Source: an uncultured Planctomycetia bacterium
Lineage (GTDB): Bacteria; Omnitrophota; Gorgyraeia; Duberdicusellales; Duberdicusellaceae
Assembly (NCBI GenBank): GCA_964634935.1
Contig: CAZWJT010000006.1
Span: 10,189 to 74,188, forward strand
Reading direction: 5' to 3'
DNA length: 64,000 bases
Shown: piece after piece, positions 1 to 15,000 of the stretch
Layout of the letters: every line of letters begins with the position of its first letter
Numbering within the stretch: the stretch's first letter is position 1
Notes under the pieces: model-generated
Seen by the model: the letters and a program-made list of their open reading frames with translations, nothing else
What the model was told of the DNA's origin: nothing
The model's database searches: none
Translations under genes and position numbers: made by a program

Positions 1-3000
1 AAACTACGCACACAGAAAACAGGAAAACTTTGGGTTGTGATTGAAGGATACCATGGGGCTGGGAAGAGTTATGCGGCGGAGCAAGTGAAGGATCGGTTAA
101 TACATCTTGGTTTACATCCTGTAGTTTTGAATTTTGATCTGTCCTGGACAGACCGACAAGAACGCAAGCGCTGGCGAGAAGAGGCGCGTTCTCGAGGGTT
201 GGGGCATGATTATTATGATGCGTTGAGACAGAGTCCTAGGCCAATGCATTGGCGGAAAGCGCATTCCGACCAGATGATAAAACAGATTACAGAGGGTACT
301 GGCTTGGTGACAATAGACGAGTGCTACCAGTTTGATGAAACGGGAAGCGCCACGGGAACAGAAAGCTTATTTCTGAGAGCTGATTCTGTTATTCTTGCTG
401 ATGGTGTTTACGCTTCAATGGTTGCCAAGAAAGATTGGGATCTGCGGATTTTCATCAGCATCGATCATGCGCTCTCCAAGAGCATAGCGATGGTTCGTGA
501 TCAAAAACGGGTTTATCGGAATCCGGAAGATACACGCGCTTTATACGAAGAAGTCTATGAGCCAAGCTATCAGAAGTACGCACGGCTCTATAGTCCCGAA
601 GAGAAAGCTGATATCGTGATGCGCGTGGAAAGAATCGATACACAAGCGATGGCCCCCTTGTGCCCCAGGCTCATTAGGACAAAGGAAGTTATGGTCATTC
701 TTGAATGTACGAATCCGGATTGTTCCTTCCAACAGCCGGCAGTTAGAACAAATGTCTGCCGCGTGTGCGGAAATGACCCAGGGAATATCATTCTTGGTGA
801 TGTCGATTTTCTGTCTTTGATCGAAGAAGGTGAGTCGAGTATGTGGCGTTATAAAAAATTAATGCCAGTAGATCCCAATGCTATCGTGAGCGATGGAGAA
901 GGGAATACCCCTGTTATTTATATGCCGAACGTAAGCGCCATGCTTGGTGTGCATGTGTGGTTTAAGCTTGAAATTGTGAACCCCACCGGGACATTTAAAG
1001 ATCGGGAAGCCTCTTACGTAGTTTCTTTAAGCCGGCAATACGGTCAAGAAAATCTGGTGATGCAATCCACGGGGAATACGGCAATTTCTATTACCCATTA
1101 TGCTGGATTAGCCGGAATTCCTTCCTGGGCTTTTATACCCGAAACAAGTACCTACAAACTTTTCATGCCCGAAAAAAGAAAACCGAATAAAATAATCGCT
1201 GTTCAGGGTCATCCTATCGATGTGAAGAATTTTGCTGAAGATTTCGCGATGCGGTATGGATTTCCTAAAATATCTCCCTTCTATGAACGTTGTGAAGCAA
1301 ACGCAACGCAGGCTTATGAGATTGCCGAAGCGCTTTTACGAAGAAAGCTCCCTGAGCAAGATATTCTCCGGGGCGGCTCCTTCGATTACTATATCCAGAC
1401 GATAGCGGCTGGTATGGGTCCGATTGGTTATTATCTTGCGATGAAACGGCTACGGCAATGGACACAAGGAAAAGTGGCTGTTCCTAAAATTGTGGCGGTA
1501 GAGGTGAGCGAATTTGCGCCTATTCAAGCTGCGTGGGACCGTGATCTTTCAGAAGTTGGCGAAGAAGTAGCAACCCCATACTTTCCTGATCATCCTTTGT
1601 TTGAGCCGACATTATGGACTACGAATATTAGAAAATATTATCCACATTTAAGAAGAATGCTTAAGGACACACACGGAACACTTACCTTAGTTACTCCAGA
1701 AGAGGTAGCTGTTGCGATGTCTGATTTTGGCGTGAAAGAAGAGCTGGAGAGCGTAGGATATAAACTGAGCGCCACTGAAAATGCTTCATTTGTCGGGTTT
1801 ACCGGGATGGTCCATTTAATTCAATCAGGAAATATTCCTCAAGGCAGTAAAATCATCCTCATGCTTACCGGGAAAGGGTTGCACCCACAACACATTCTTG
1901 AAAAGCCGGATTGCATCATCAATCCCCGGGAGCATAAGCCGCAAGATGCAGTTCGCATGAGTTCCTTTGTTGATTCTTCGGCAGTACTGTTCGAAAGCAA
2001 TGCCTTTTTATTTTTAGGAAGCATCGTGCTCGGGTTATTTTTATTGGGTATTTTGAAAACGCTCTCATCCCCGTTGACTTTGCGGGCACTCTATTTCCAT
2101 TCCGTTGCTCCACGCAGATTTTTAGATAACGGCGGTTATGCGGTCGGCAGAAAATTGTTTGGCAGAATGCGCGGCGCGATTAAAAGTATTTTTGGTAAAT
2201 CGTATGCTGCCCAGGCTCCGCCTCAGATTATCATCATCCCCGCATTTCGCTATGCAAAAAGCAAAAAATACTTGCTGCAAATAGCCACCCAAACCGCGAG
2301 AATAACACAAACAAAAATTCCATATTGTCCTTGTGTCACCATAGCACAACCGGTTCCTTTTTCTTCGTTAACCGATCAGATAGGCGGACGCTACGCACGG
2401 GGCAGAAAGCAGTATATTTTACCGAGTGATCCACCGTTTGTTTTTCAAGATTCGCCCGTAGTGGTTCTCACGGATATTGATCTTACCGGGTATGATCGTT
2501 ACGGAGATACAAAGTCATATGTGTTTGGGAGAACATATTTTCGCAAGCGGGTAGTATTTTTATCGACATACCGTCTGGCTAGCTCTGAGCCTGCTGTCGG
2601 TATCGCGCGAAATGTCAAGAATGCGCTTCATGAGTTTGGGCATCTCGTTGGGCTTGATCACTGCTTTTGTCAGGGGTGTGTCATGCGTTTTTCAGTTTTT
2701 CCGGAACAGCTTGACGGAACCAAAGCGGAATTCTGTGATTACTGTTCTCAGAGATTAGATGAACTATTTTCCCAGGGTAAAGCCTGGTCATTCGCATTTG
2801 TTCCTTTTATTTCGTTGTCGATTCTCGGAGTGATTTTTCTTCTCTGTTGTATCCGGGCAGTATTGAAACGACGGAACGTTGATTTCTGTAGCCGCCAGGA
2901 AAAGAACGACGGATATTTATGTTCCAGTTTGCAGCAATTGCGGAAATTAGGACAGAGACCAATAAGCCGACGGACTTTCTTGGGCGTCACAACGGCAGCG

Positions 3001-6000
3001 CTTATCCTCGGAGCCTTCATGAGTTATCGATACGCTCTAGATACTTCTGATGAGCAGGATATCGCGGATGACGACTTGAGATCGTTTCTCCAGAATTTCA
3101 TCGAAGATCTCGCCTCTTCTCAGGATCCTGCGCTTGCAAGCGCGCAGGCGTTTTACGAGCTGGCCGCTTATCAGATGATTGCCCCGGCTACAATTCCGAA
3201 TGCTGAATGTTGTCTTTCCGGTGTTCTTTGGTATGTTCGGCATCATGCGGATGGAACTTCTACGCTTGAATTACGCTTAGTTCTTGATCTGGAGGCATTC
3301 CATTCTCTGATAGTCAAAGCAAAGAAAAATGCCGTCTATAAAGCATTTGCGCGCTCGATAGTGTTGAAAGAAGGCGCGACCATTTTGGATATTCATGAAC
3401 ATCCAGATTTTTATTTTGAGACAAATGCGATACAGAGAAATTTTCCCGCACAGGCTGAAAAAGAAAATACGTTCTATGCCAGAAGCATCGCGGCGCGTTT
3501 TGTCGAGATTGAAGCTATAGGCTACAGGGAGCAGGAAGCGTACCTTACGCGCTCCGGTGTGAATGCAGAAATGCTTGCAGCACTGTGGCGTAGAGAGTCT
3601 GATGAGCGAATTCGTGTCTGTTTGAGCCTGAGCGCAAATATCATCAGGCTTCTCCGGCATAAAGAATTTTTTGATTTACGAATCGGTTTATTTTTAAGCC
3701 ATATTTCCGCGCTCTGGCCAAGTGTTTTTGAAGCATGCAAGATCCGTACCACGGCAGTACAAGAGAACCGGGGTATCGGAACGTTTCGCGGAGAAAAAGA
3801 GCAGTTTTCCTTTTTAGAAGATGCCAAGTATATAGACAGGAAGATCGAGGTTCAGCAATCTTCTTCTCATGATTTAGCGCATACTTCAGGCTGGCCAGTT
3901 GATGTCGGTATCTTTAGCGTTATTTTTGTTGGTATTCTTGTGCTTGCGATCAAGGAATTCATTTTCGGTTTATATTTTTCCACTCCTGTATCGCAGGGTT
4001 CAGCACAAAATACTCCCGCATACCCGTTCGGTATCTCTTCTTTCGAAACCGAAAAAAAATTAGCCGCGGCGCTTTCTGATTTAAATAGGATATATTCCGA
4101 AAAAGGAACAGAAGCTATTTTTGAAAAAGTTTGTGCGAATTTAGAGTTACAGCGTCACATTTCACGTATAATTCGCGCTCAAGACCGGCTTGAAGATACA
4201 AAAGGTTTTTCAGTGGCGCAGGAATGGGCCGAAGAATTTAAACATCATCTTCTTAGGCGGGCAGTCCAAGAATTACAGGGAAGAGACATCTGTATTTTGC
4301 AAATGGAATACGAATTTTCGATGCGTTTTCTCCAGGAATTTAAAGAATATCTTGTGAAGAGCAAAGGATGTAATGAATCTGACGCCATTTATAATACCGG
4401 TGAACTTGCGAAAATACTCATGGCTGGCGGGCTAGGCAGTTTTAAACCTGATTTGGTGCGAGGCTGGTATTCGGTACTGCGTGATCATTGGGGGGATATC
4501 GAAGCGCGCCGGCGTCTCCATGTTTTTGGCGTATTATATTGCGAAGCAATCAAAGGGCAAGGGAGAATTTTGACAAAAGGAGCAGTACAGTCAGAAAACA
4601 TCATTGATTTGGCCAGGCAGTCCCTATTCAAGATAAAAACCTATCACGGCTTGGAGCTTAATCTGCATGGGGTAGGGAGAGTCGATGTTGAGATATATAT
4701 GAATCCCTATTCGGAATTAAATGAATATTGGCTCTATTGTCCTCAGGTATTCCATGAGGCGTATTGTGGGAATTCCGACGACGACTTCCGGGCAATTCAA
4801 ACACTACTCTACCGGAAGGTAGTGCTCCAGTTTTTGAAAGAGAGGGCCAATGAAGGAGCAATGGGGCGGCGTTTGTTATTTTCGACAAGTGAAGTTAACA
4901 CAACCTTGGCTATTCCAACGGTGGTGAATGATTCATTCCGGACAGATCAAGCTTTTGGCGATATCGTTGTTCACCACTATAACCATACGATCGTTCCGGC
5001 TGGGATGCCGCGGTATCATTGGTATATGTTCGATTTATTGAAGATTGCCGATGAATTCAGGGATGCTATTCGCGATGGGTTCGTCGATTTAGTGAGAATT
5101 ACTGGCCAGGTGAGTCATTTTATTACCGGTTGTTCAAGCGAGCATACACGTATTTTACGTGAGAAGATATTTTGTGAGTTTTCCGGAAAAGTAGTTGAGG
5201 ACGACATTTTTGGCAATAGCGAAGGCTCAGATATCGAACGCTGGCAAGGAATAGGCATCCAAGGAGTGTGCCAGCGATATATGGCCCGAGAGAAAGTTTA
5301 TACCCATACTCAATTATTTAACCACCTTGAAATGAATGCTCGGTTAAAAGCAAGGTTTATCGGAGATTTATTGAGAGTCAAGCGCCAACAGAAACAGCGG
5401 TTTATCGCTGAGCTATTTTTCGGTACTTTCGGCGCTATGAATATTACCGAGGCAGAACTGGTAGCCTTGAAAGTTGATTTTATCAATATGCCATTCTTTA
5501 CCTTTGTCCGGCGTTTTGTCGATTATAAGTGCGGCGATCTTATTGTTGATATCCTTTCCGATCCTGGTTACCGTGAACGGATTATCAAGGCTGGAGCGGT
5601 TATTTTCATCGGAGGAAGAAAATTTGGTTCATTTGCAGATTTGCAGCAATACAGAATTCAGGAGTTGATTAAACAAGATCCGCGGCTGCGGTACCATATT
5701 GTATTTGTTTCGGACCATAACGTGTTTACTTCTTGGATAATTCAACAAGGCGTTGACTTCGGCGGTATGCTTTCTTGGAAAGGAATGGAGGCTGGCCCAA
5801 CCAGCATTAGTAATTCTGGTCAGAATGGGTCTCCAACCATAGCTTCTCCAGACGGGGTGATTCCTGAGCGGCTCAAGCAAATATCCCGCTCTTCCCAGGG
5901 AGTTATTACGGGCGGAACAGGGTACTCTGTGGAATATGGCCAAGAACTTTCTTCTTCCGGAGAGATTAAACCCGATAGAGAATCTTTGGTGCGGCGTATT

Positions 6001-9000
6001 GAGGAAGCTTGTCAGGATTATTTTCATCCGGAACGGTATGGTATCGCTGCATTGAATGTGTTGAGAATGACTACTACACAGGGGGATATTCGGAATCAAG
6101 CCCGAGGATTAATTAAAATTTGGGGAGAACAAATTTTTCTTCTGCGCGCAACCAAAAAAACACAGCAAAAGAAAGGTACTCAAGCATCCGCATCGTATGA
6201 TGGGATATTTTCTGTTCCAATTCTTATCGGAATCGTCGTTGCTGTTATCTTTTTCTCGAAGGTTTTTGTTTACGTTGTTCAATTGCTGGAAACCGTCTCA
6301 AAAAAGAAGATTTTCCAAGAAGAATCAGAACGGTCGCTGTGGAGTTTTCAAAAAAGGTTCCGGTCTACCTTCCGTGGCTGGCGGGGGCCGGAGTCCGCCA
6401 CAGCGGCCGTATTTTTTGAAACTGTTTTTGAGATTGGTATGCTTCTGGGTATTTTATTCTTGATGTTGTATTTTAAGACTGCTCTAACGAGTGATGATGT
6501 AGACAACCCAGGAGAATTTTGTAATCAGGCTTCTGGCGAAAAAGCCCCCGACCCTCAGGTTCCGCTTGACGCAATCTTTTCCGACACACCGGAATTTTCC
6601 CGTTGTTTTGATCGGATTTGGACTGAGCTTGCGAAGGCTTCAGGATCTCTTGAGGGGCTGCGAGCAATGGATATGGAAGAATTTGCCAAAAGGCTTGGCG
6701 GAAAGAAACTTATAACACTGACGAAAATATTTAAACGTGCCAAAAAGAGTGTTCCGTTTGGTATTTTTATCTCTCCCCGTGTATTTGAGCATATCATTAC
6801 GATCAGAAGATTCATCTGTGACCATCCAACAGATCCAATGGTGCGACATTTTGATTCAACACTGCGTAGTCTGGCGCAGGTTCAAGAGATTGATGCTCCC
6901 GGCTGGTATTATAATCCAATCAAGGGATGCACGAAGGCCTATGTTTTTCATGAATTTCTTGAGTCGAGTTTTTATGAAAGCGGAGTTATTGATGTTCATT
7001 TCGAATATTTTCTCAATGATCTGCATCCCGGAGTTCTCCTCGGGGAATTGGCCTTTTCGGCGTTGCTCGGCAAAGAGTGTTTTGAGCAATCCCGGGCAAT
7101 TATAGAAAGACGTCTCACAACTCTGGTTGAATTTGGCGAGGAACTTGAGCGTGCGCAAGGAATGAAACCGTGGGATAACATTAGATTTGATACAGGTAAA
7201 CCTTTAAGAATATTTTTAGGCTATTCTGCGGATGAGTATCATCGTTATGCCATACAATTGTGGAGAAAAGCGGCAGGGTTTTCTGTGCAACGAGAAAATT
7301 CGCAATGTATCGCATTTTTACCTGGGTGGATAACCATCTTTGGAATTTCTTTTGGGCTTCTTGTTCTTTTCGTCGCAGCAATTTTCTACCTGTGGCGGCG
7401 GATTAAACAAGAAGCAGTCTCTTTCCAGAAGATTGGCGGAACCGTGTATGTTCAGGGTGAGCATTTTCACGCTTTTACCGTGATTCGCGGCATTGATTTT
7501 GTTCCACACGTTTTTAGGCCGGCTTGTGGAGGAGTTGTTTTTCAGCGAGTAGACCGAGGTTTTGATCGCGCTACCCTGGAAGAAGCTGCTTCGTATGCGC
7601 GGATGCTTGCTGAGCACACGGATACTGTTGCAGCGCTTTGGAATACATATCTGCAAGGTGCGGCCACGGTTATCATATCCGATGGCTTACAGACAAAAGA
7701 GAAAATTTTATATCTTTGGGCTCGAGTCCTTGCGGAGCAGGGAATTCTAGGTTGGCAGTACATTGTTACTTCGGAACTCGGCACTGCCGAAGAAGATATG
7801 GCGTTCATCGCTGATGTTGCATACGCTACGGGGTTGAAGCGATATTTAGAAAGTGGACGTTTGAGCGAGGCAGATAAGCAAATAATCCGTTTCCATCTGC
7901 GCAAAAAGAGCTGGCATAATGTTCCAATTGAATACTTATGGGATGCGAATCTTGTTCTTCCAGCCGCCGGTTGTCCGGAAAAGTTTGGCGGACATCCGCC
8001 ATTTCGCTGGGATTTGGGGGGATTGAGCGTAGTTTCCGGAATACAGACAATACTTTGGTCAACAAAACAAAATTTTCCTGCGAACATTCTCATCGATGGG
8101 TTTGGATTTACCGGCCGCTCTATTGCCCGCTCCATTATTAAGCGTATCCCCGATGAAGTACGGATTAGCGGTATTGCACAACACAACGAAGCAGTTTTTT
8201 CTTCAGAAGGCATCGATAGTTTTAATCTGCTTCACTATATTAGCGCGCGGGAAAAAGGATTAGCTTCATCCGAGCTCGGTATTCTTGCCCGCCGGGAAAA
8301 ATCTCTGATGCCACGGCAGAAATTACTGAGACAAAATACGGATATTCTTATTTTGGCAAACCGGGATCACGAACTGACCTTTGAAGAGGTTAAATCGTTC
8401 AATGCGAAGATCGTGATCGTTGCGATACCGGGTGTTTTAAGTGTTGCCCATATGGATTGGCTGCATCGCCAAGGAGTTTTTTGTGTTTCGTCAATCTGGT
8501 TAAACGGCGGAATTCTTTTTGGAGCGCGGGAAGAACTCTTGCATAAATTGGTTGGTCGCGAACGTCTGCATGTTCGTGATATGCGCCGGCATGTCGAAAG
8601 CGGCGTCCGGGAAGTAGCGGTAACCGTAATGTTTGAAGAGCTTGACCGATGCAAATCCCATAGCGTATCGAGTGTTGTTGAAATGGGGCGTACAATGGCA
8701 AGTCAAATACGTTCCCATGAATTTGCTTTCTGGGATGCCATTCGGAATTCCGCTTCATCTCAGGGAGTTTCTTTGGAAGCGCTTGCTCAATCTCAGGATA
8801 CAGAGAAGGTAGTATCCGTAATTTCAGATCGGGCTTCTCCAGAATTAGCCCCTGTAACCCAATTGGCACTAGCAAACTATCGGGACGGAAGAAACGCCGT
8901 ATTCGGACTTTTAAGTGCGGTTCTGGAGATCGCCCGGCAACGGGTTATTTATAATGAGCATTCGGCAGAACGTGCCCTCCAGGCAATCAATTCAGATGAT

Positions 9001-12000
9001 GATATGTTGCAGCGTATTGCTGCTTTTCATCTGGGCAGGTTGCGTGTTCCTCAAGCAACCAGTGCTTTGCTTGAGAAGCTGGAGAATTCTCCGGTTTCCC
9101 ATGTCCGGGCTAACTGCGCGCATGCTTTAGGGTTTATTTGCCATGTTACCAGCGATAGCGCGACTCGGAAGAAAATTATCCGTGGTTTGGTTGCTGCTTT
9201 GGGCGATTCAAAGCATAAAGTTCTTGAGTGGGCGCAATGGGCGCTTTCAATTAATGGCGTAGGCGAGAAAGAATTAATGGATATTGCTGAAGAGATAAAA
9301 CGCGATGAAATTGATCCACAGGTAGCCGTTGAAAATACCATTGGTCATCGCGAGGTTACCGATAAAAGCCTTGGTGATTTATTTCTGGAAATGGCCGGTA
9401 TCAGTACTTTTATCCAAGATGATGTGCGAGCGCGCGAGTACCACCGCCATGCGAGATATTATTACCTGCGTGCTGGGGAAAAATCCGGGCCGCTTACCGT
9501 AAGAAGCCAGCTTTCTTTAGCCAGAAATTTTGAGGCTTCGGGGAATATCTACATGGCGTTGCGTTCCTATATGCAACTTCTTAATCCGAGGTCATTTCTT
9601 CGTATCTATGCGCCCCCGACAGCCCGGAAAATTGCTGGTGATTTGGAATGGCTCCACGAATACCGGCGTATCGCCATTGAATCGATGCTTGATATCTACT
9701 ACCCGCACAGCCAAGACGTAAACGAGCTGGTCGCGGCAAAACTTGATGACATTATTCCTGTCGCGCGGCGCTCGTTCTCCCCGAAAGCATCTTGGCAGAA
9801 ATCTTCGATACCGCTTTTTGTGCTCTATGATGTGGAATTGAGACGTTACCAAATGCCTTATCTCGGTTTATTGCTGCTTTTTAGTTCAGATATATTTGCT
9901 CAAAGGCGATACCGGAATGTTCAATCTTTTATCACCCAAGCATTAAGCCATAAGGCTCTCACTGATGAAGACGGGATTCTTTTGCCTGAAAATAGGATTA
10001 TTGCAATCTTAAACTGTCGGCTCAGCGCATTTATCAATATGAACAAAAGAGAGCGCCGTATCGCCATGGAATTACTGAGGGAAACGGATATTATTCATTC
10101 ACCGCACCATGTCCTTTCTCTGATATACGCCGGGATGCGCTTTTGCTATAGAACCGTGCATCATAAACAATTCTTTGCTTGCGGCGCCGGCGTATATACT
10201 GCTTGTGGCAACGTAGACGATAATGTTACCAGCGCAGTACGATCTGAAATCACGCGTGCCCGGAGCCAGGGACGGGATAAAGCCTATTCTGAATTAACCG
10301 ATCAAGACTTACCGGCTCATATCAAGGAACATCTGCGTTCTCTTTTTTCTTCTTTTGGAAATGTGCGCGTTCTTATCCCGGTATCCCACGGATACCAGCG
10401 TGCTCCGCCGTATCTCTGGTACGGTTCAGGAGAGAGATTTGTTGCCGCGTGTGTTTTCGAGAACAAAATCTACCTTCCGCTTCGTTTAATCATCTTGCTC
10501 AGTGTTACCAAGAACGAACCCCTACTTGCTAAAATTATTGCCCACGAGAATAACCATTTGTATCGTAAGAGCGAGGATGTTTCTGAGGCAGTGCAGTTGG
10601 CAGCAGCATTACAACAGGCATGGCATGAGGATTCGGAGAATTGGCTGCGCCACAGTATCGGCGTCGAATTAGCAGTCAGAGACCATGGTGCTTCTGATGA
10701 AACACGGATTGTCCGGAAAGGTTCTTTTGATGATGTGACCAGAGACATCCCGCGGTATGCTGCTTTGGGTATCCGGGCCATACTGCTTTTAGATGTTCTG
10801 GAGCACGCTTACGAGGGTGTTTTTGATGTGCTTGATCCACTCCGCGTTAATCCTGAATTGGGCAATGAACAAAAGCTTGTCAATCTTTTACATGTTGCAC
10901 ATCAACATGGTTTACGAGTGATCCTCCCAGGTGTATTTAATCATGTGTCACGCAGAAGTCCCCTGTGTTCTTTGCATCCCGATTGGTTTATCCGCGATGC
11001 AGGAGGACAGATTGTTTCAGCAACAGATAAGCGGGGTGCCTGGGAATGGAAGTCGCTTGCCCAATTTAATCTTGCTCATTCAGAAGTCCGGTCATTTATC
11101 CTGCAGGTTGCAGAATATTGGATAACGATGGGATTTGACGGTTTTTGGCTTGATGCGGCGGGCAGTCTTCTTTCCCGGAATATTGAGCAAAACTGGGGGA
11201 TACGCGTTTTCGGCGAAGAAATTCTTACTCAACTTATCCACCGTACGCGTTTACTCAATTCTTCAGTGCGTTTTATTGCCGAGTCATTTGATCCACGCGA
11301 TCGGTGTCGGCTAGAAGAGCTTGGTGCCGATTTAACTATGGATTGGGAAGTAATAGAAGCGCTGATTGCTGCAATGCGTTATGATTCGCCTGCGCGGATT
11401 CTGGAAGTTTTACTGCGCTCCGGAGAGATACAGCTTGAACGCAGAGCGTTTCATCGGATTAACCATGATAAATCGGCCTATCAGGATAAGCAGCTCGGTC
11501 TCACGAGAGAGGAAATTATTTTTGCCATGGAATTTCTCGCTTCACTACCTGGAGCTTTCTGGTTTTTTGAAGGAGAAATAGAAGGGAAAAGGACATATTA
11601 CTATCATTTTGACGCAGTGAAGCCGGTTGATGGAGCGCTTGTCGACAGCAAATTAGCAGATTTTTATGAACGTTTTATTCCGATAATCACGTGTGATATT
11701 TTACGGAAAGGTTCATTTCATCCTTTGGGATTGAAGGTTGTTTCACCTCAGGATGTTCCGGTTTGCGCGTTCGCCCGTGAATATCAAGGGAAATTTATTG
11801 TTGTGGCTCTCAATCCAACACAGAGAACATCTGATGATGGGAAGGCTTGGCTTTATCCGGATATCTCTTTTCTTCTCCCGCAGCATGGTGTCCGTTACCG
11901 CGTGGATAATTTGCTCACTGGTGAAGAATTCCCCCAACTTTCCTCCGAAACCATGCGTGTTCAAGGTTTACCCATTGGGTTAGCCAAAGACGAGATACAA

Positions 12001-15000
12001 TACCTGCGGTTAACCCCGCTAGAATGCACGAACGCCAATGGTTTCTTTGCTGATTTTTCTTCAGCCGCGTTCTTTTTTGCAATCTTTCTTATTGTTTCTT
12101 TGGTGATTGCCGCGCATCGGATCTTGAAAAACAGAAACAGGGTTTTTCTCAGAAAAAACATTCTCAGGCAAGTTTCAGCAGATGAACTTTTTTCTCGGGT
12201 ATCGGCGATTATCCCGGATGAAATTGTTTCTGATGAGAAAAAATCGGACGAAGTGAAACAATGGGTGCGGCTATGGCATGAACGTTTTGCACACATTGAT
12301 TGGCTTACCGAGAAAGCTCGTGATTGGTCGTTGGAGCAATATTTACAGCACATTGTGGTGCCGACGGTTACAGCCGTACACCGCATGGATAGGCTTGGCA
12401 AGGTACGTCAGGAAACGCTTCGGGCAATTGCAATAACCACGATACCAAAATTTATTACCGATGAAAGCGGAGAAGACATCTGCGTGGGGACGGCTGAAAC
12501 TCTTAATTACTGCCAGGCCGGTGAAGTGATAAAGCAATTTATCGGCTGTCTGGAACGGCTCAGGAAATACCCTGATAGAACTTTTGAGCAGTCTTTCTTA
12601 CCTCTATATACTATAGCCGTTATTATATTCTTTGGCATAGCTTTGATGCTTCTTGCTGCACCTATCCTGTATGGTTCGCGCCAGAAGCTTGCTACCGATG
12701 ATATTGCAATTCAACTGGATGGGATAAAAGAATTAGTAGCAGCATATAAAGATCCTACAACTTTGGAAAAAGACCGGCGTTTAGCCTTTGGCTGCGTTAT
12801 AGGCCTTCTGCGTCTTGCGCATACAGGCGAGGTATCCACCAGTTGCATGACCTATTTACCAGAAGACCAGGTGATGATACTGCAAAAAGCATCTCTGCAG
12901 GCTTTTGAAGATATGCTTTCTGCTTCTGTAGATGGTGACGCTTATGCGCGTTATCGACATGATTTTAGTCAATTAGGGGTATTAGCCCGCGGCATAGAAA
13001 AAGCAAGGAAATTTGATCAAACAGATCTATTGGAATTCGGTTCTGCTTTTTATCAAGCAGTGCGTAATGCAATCCAGCGCAGCCTTGCTCTCCATGCATT
13101 TGTTTCTGTTCATGAACATGAAGTCGACAATCTTTCTTTTCCCGGATTTATAAACCGCGTATGCGCGCTGTTACCAGGGCCTGATACCTACGCTGCGCAA
13201 TTCCGCAAGGTATTAGTATGTCTACAACAGATGGCACAAGGTAACGAGCAAGGATTGGCTTCGCTTATCAGATGGCCGGCTTATCCGCATTTCATTGATG
13301 GACGGAGAAATCATCCAATCTACATTATCATTGGGCATCTTGACGAAAATGATTTTTATCCTCGATTTGAGAAAGAGATCATCCGCTATTTTCTTTCCAG
13401 TGGCAATTATATCCATTGGGTAATCCGCATGCTCTTAAGCGCCTATGTCGCAAGCGACGGCTTGAAGCGCGAACGTTGTTGGTATCTTTTACAAACAATG
13501 GCCGATGAGACATACCTGGCTTTGTATTCAGATTATGAGGGATTACGCGATTATATCATAACTTTATCCAAAGATTGGCAGAGGGATCACGCATTTCGGC
13601 AGGCAGCGGTAGATTTAGTAAACGATATTCCAGATCCCAGAGAAATCGAAAGCAATCTTTTGGGAAGTTCTGAGTCCTGGGTTCTGGGCACTTTGATCTT
13701 TGATGGAAGCATCCTGATGTTACTTCCTATTGTCGGATGGTTACTGTTGATGTCTTTGTCCCAGTCCGGTTTAAGCGCACATGCGCACAAAAAAGTGCAT
13801 AGAAAGATCACGGAGAAAATTAAAGAGGGCGATTCCGGCAAAAATCCAAAGAAAAAGAAAGATTCCGAAAAGAAACAGAAAAAGCTTAAGAAGCAGCAGA
13901 GAATCGAGCTGCTCCGCTTGATGCAGGTTTTGGTTCAGATGCGCGCTCTTGCCGCGCAATACAAGAGATCAGCGCAAGTCGAAAAAAGCGCAATTGCTTC
14001 GCAGTGGCTCATCCGCGCCGAAGGCGCAACCAGTATGCTTGAACATATGCGCGAATTCGGAGTATTACGGCAGGATGCTGCGGATAAATTCCTGGAGGTT
14101 TTTGATGCTACCCGCGCTATCATCAGGCCGCAAGAGACACTACCAAAGGAAAAGAACGCTGATGGGCTACTCAGTAGCCCGGAGCGGCTGCGTAACATCG
14201 AATGCCTTGTTTACGATTGCCGTGCCCGGCAGGTGATCGCAAAGAACACTTTTAGCAGGAATGACCGCGATATCGCGGAGATTTTGGCCGCATCGTCGCA
14301 ATCATGGCAATGGTTGAAGAAAGCCCGCAAGGTCCAACGCGGATTGGAAATGAAGATAGTTGGCCGTGATACTAGCGATATATCGGCGCAGGATAAGGTA
14401 CGTATAGCCCTTCTTTCTACGGCAATCGATGCGGCAATGTTGGGCGACTTGAGTAAGAATGATTGGCGGGTAAAGCGCGATATCCAGCAGAAACACGATG
14501 AGCTTTGTTATGAAGTCTATTTGCTTAAGGTGCAGGCGGATATGATTCCTGCAGTCGAGATGCACAAAAGCTCAGAATTAAGCCAGAACGACGCAGAGCT
14601 TCTTGATGAAATGGATATGGAGGATGAGAGCATTATAAAGAGATCTACGGCGGAATCCGGGCAAGAAGAGCATCGCAAGATTCCTTATGAAGATTCGGCA
14701 AGCGCAGTCACTGCTGCTGGAGAGTTGATCGCTTTCATGCAGAAGGGTGATTATTGCAGCGCAGCGTGTCCGCCTTTTAAAGGGAGTTTTTTCCAGAAAC
14801 GGGTGGGTGCTGGCCATATGTTGCACCTTGGGACATGGAGGCAGAATAATAAGCAGCACCATATTAATATAATGCTTGGTTACCTAGAAGCCGGGGCGAT
14901 AGTAACTATCAGGAAATTTTTCTCGGTTGATCTGGAACAGTGGCTGATCGTCGTCGAAACCGAAGACGCTGAGCATCAGCGGGTTTATTATTATCCTGCT

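Noticed and set aside
2965-3030. Twin-arginine-like motif 'SRRTFLGVTTAALILGAF' resembling a Tat signal peptide
   Set aside because: It is internal to the ORF, about 1,000 codons from the window start and more from the true N-terminus, so it cannot act as an N-terminal signal. It is more likely a weakly hydrophobic helix, possibly a signal-anchor-like TM.
7542-8213. 223-aa minus-strand ORF (and all other minus-strand ORFs in the track, e.g. 53886-54581 231 aa, 35528-36145 205 aa, 5629-6099, 8399-8875)
   Set aside because: They lie antisense to a continuous, motif-rich sense frame. 53886-54581 overlaps the sigma-70 domain and 7542-8213 overlaps the GDH-like segment. Their translations are low-complexity with no recognisable motifs. 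I treat them as shadow ORFs produced by stop-codon depletion opposite a coding strand.
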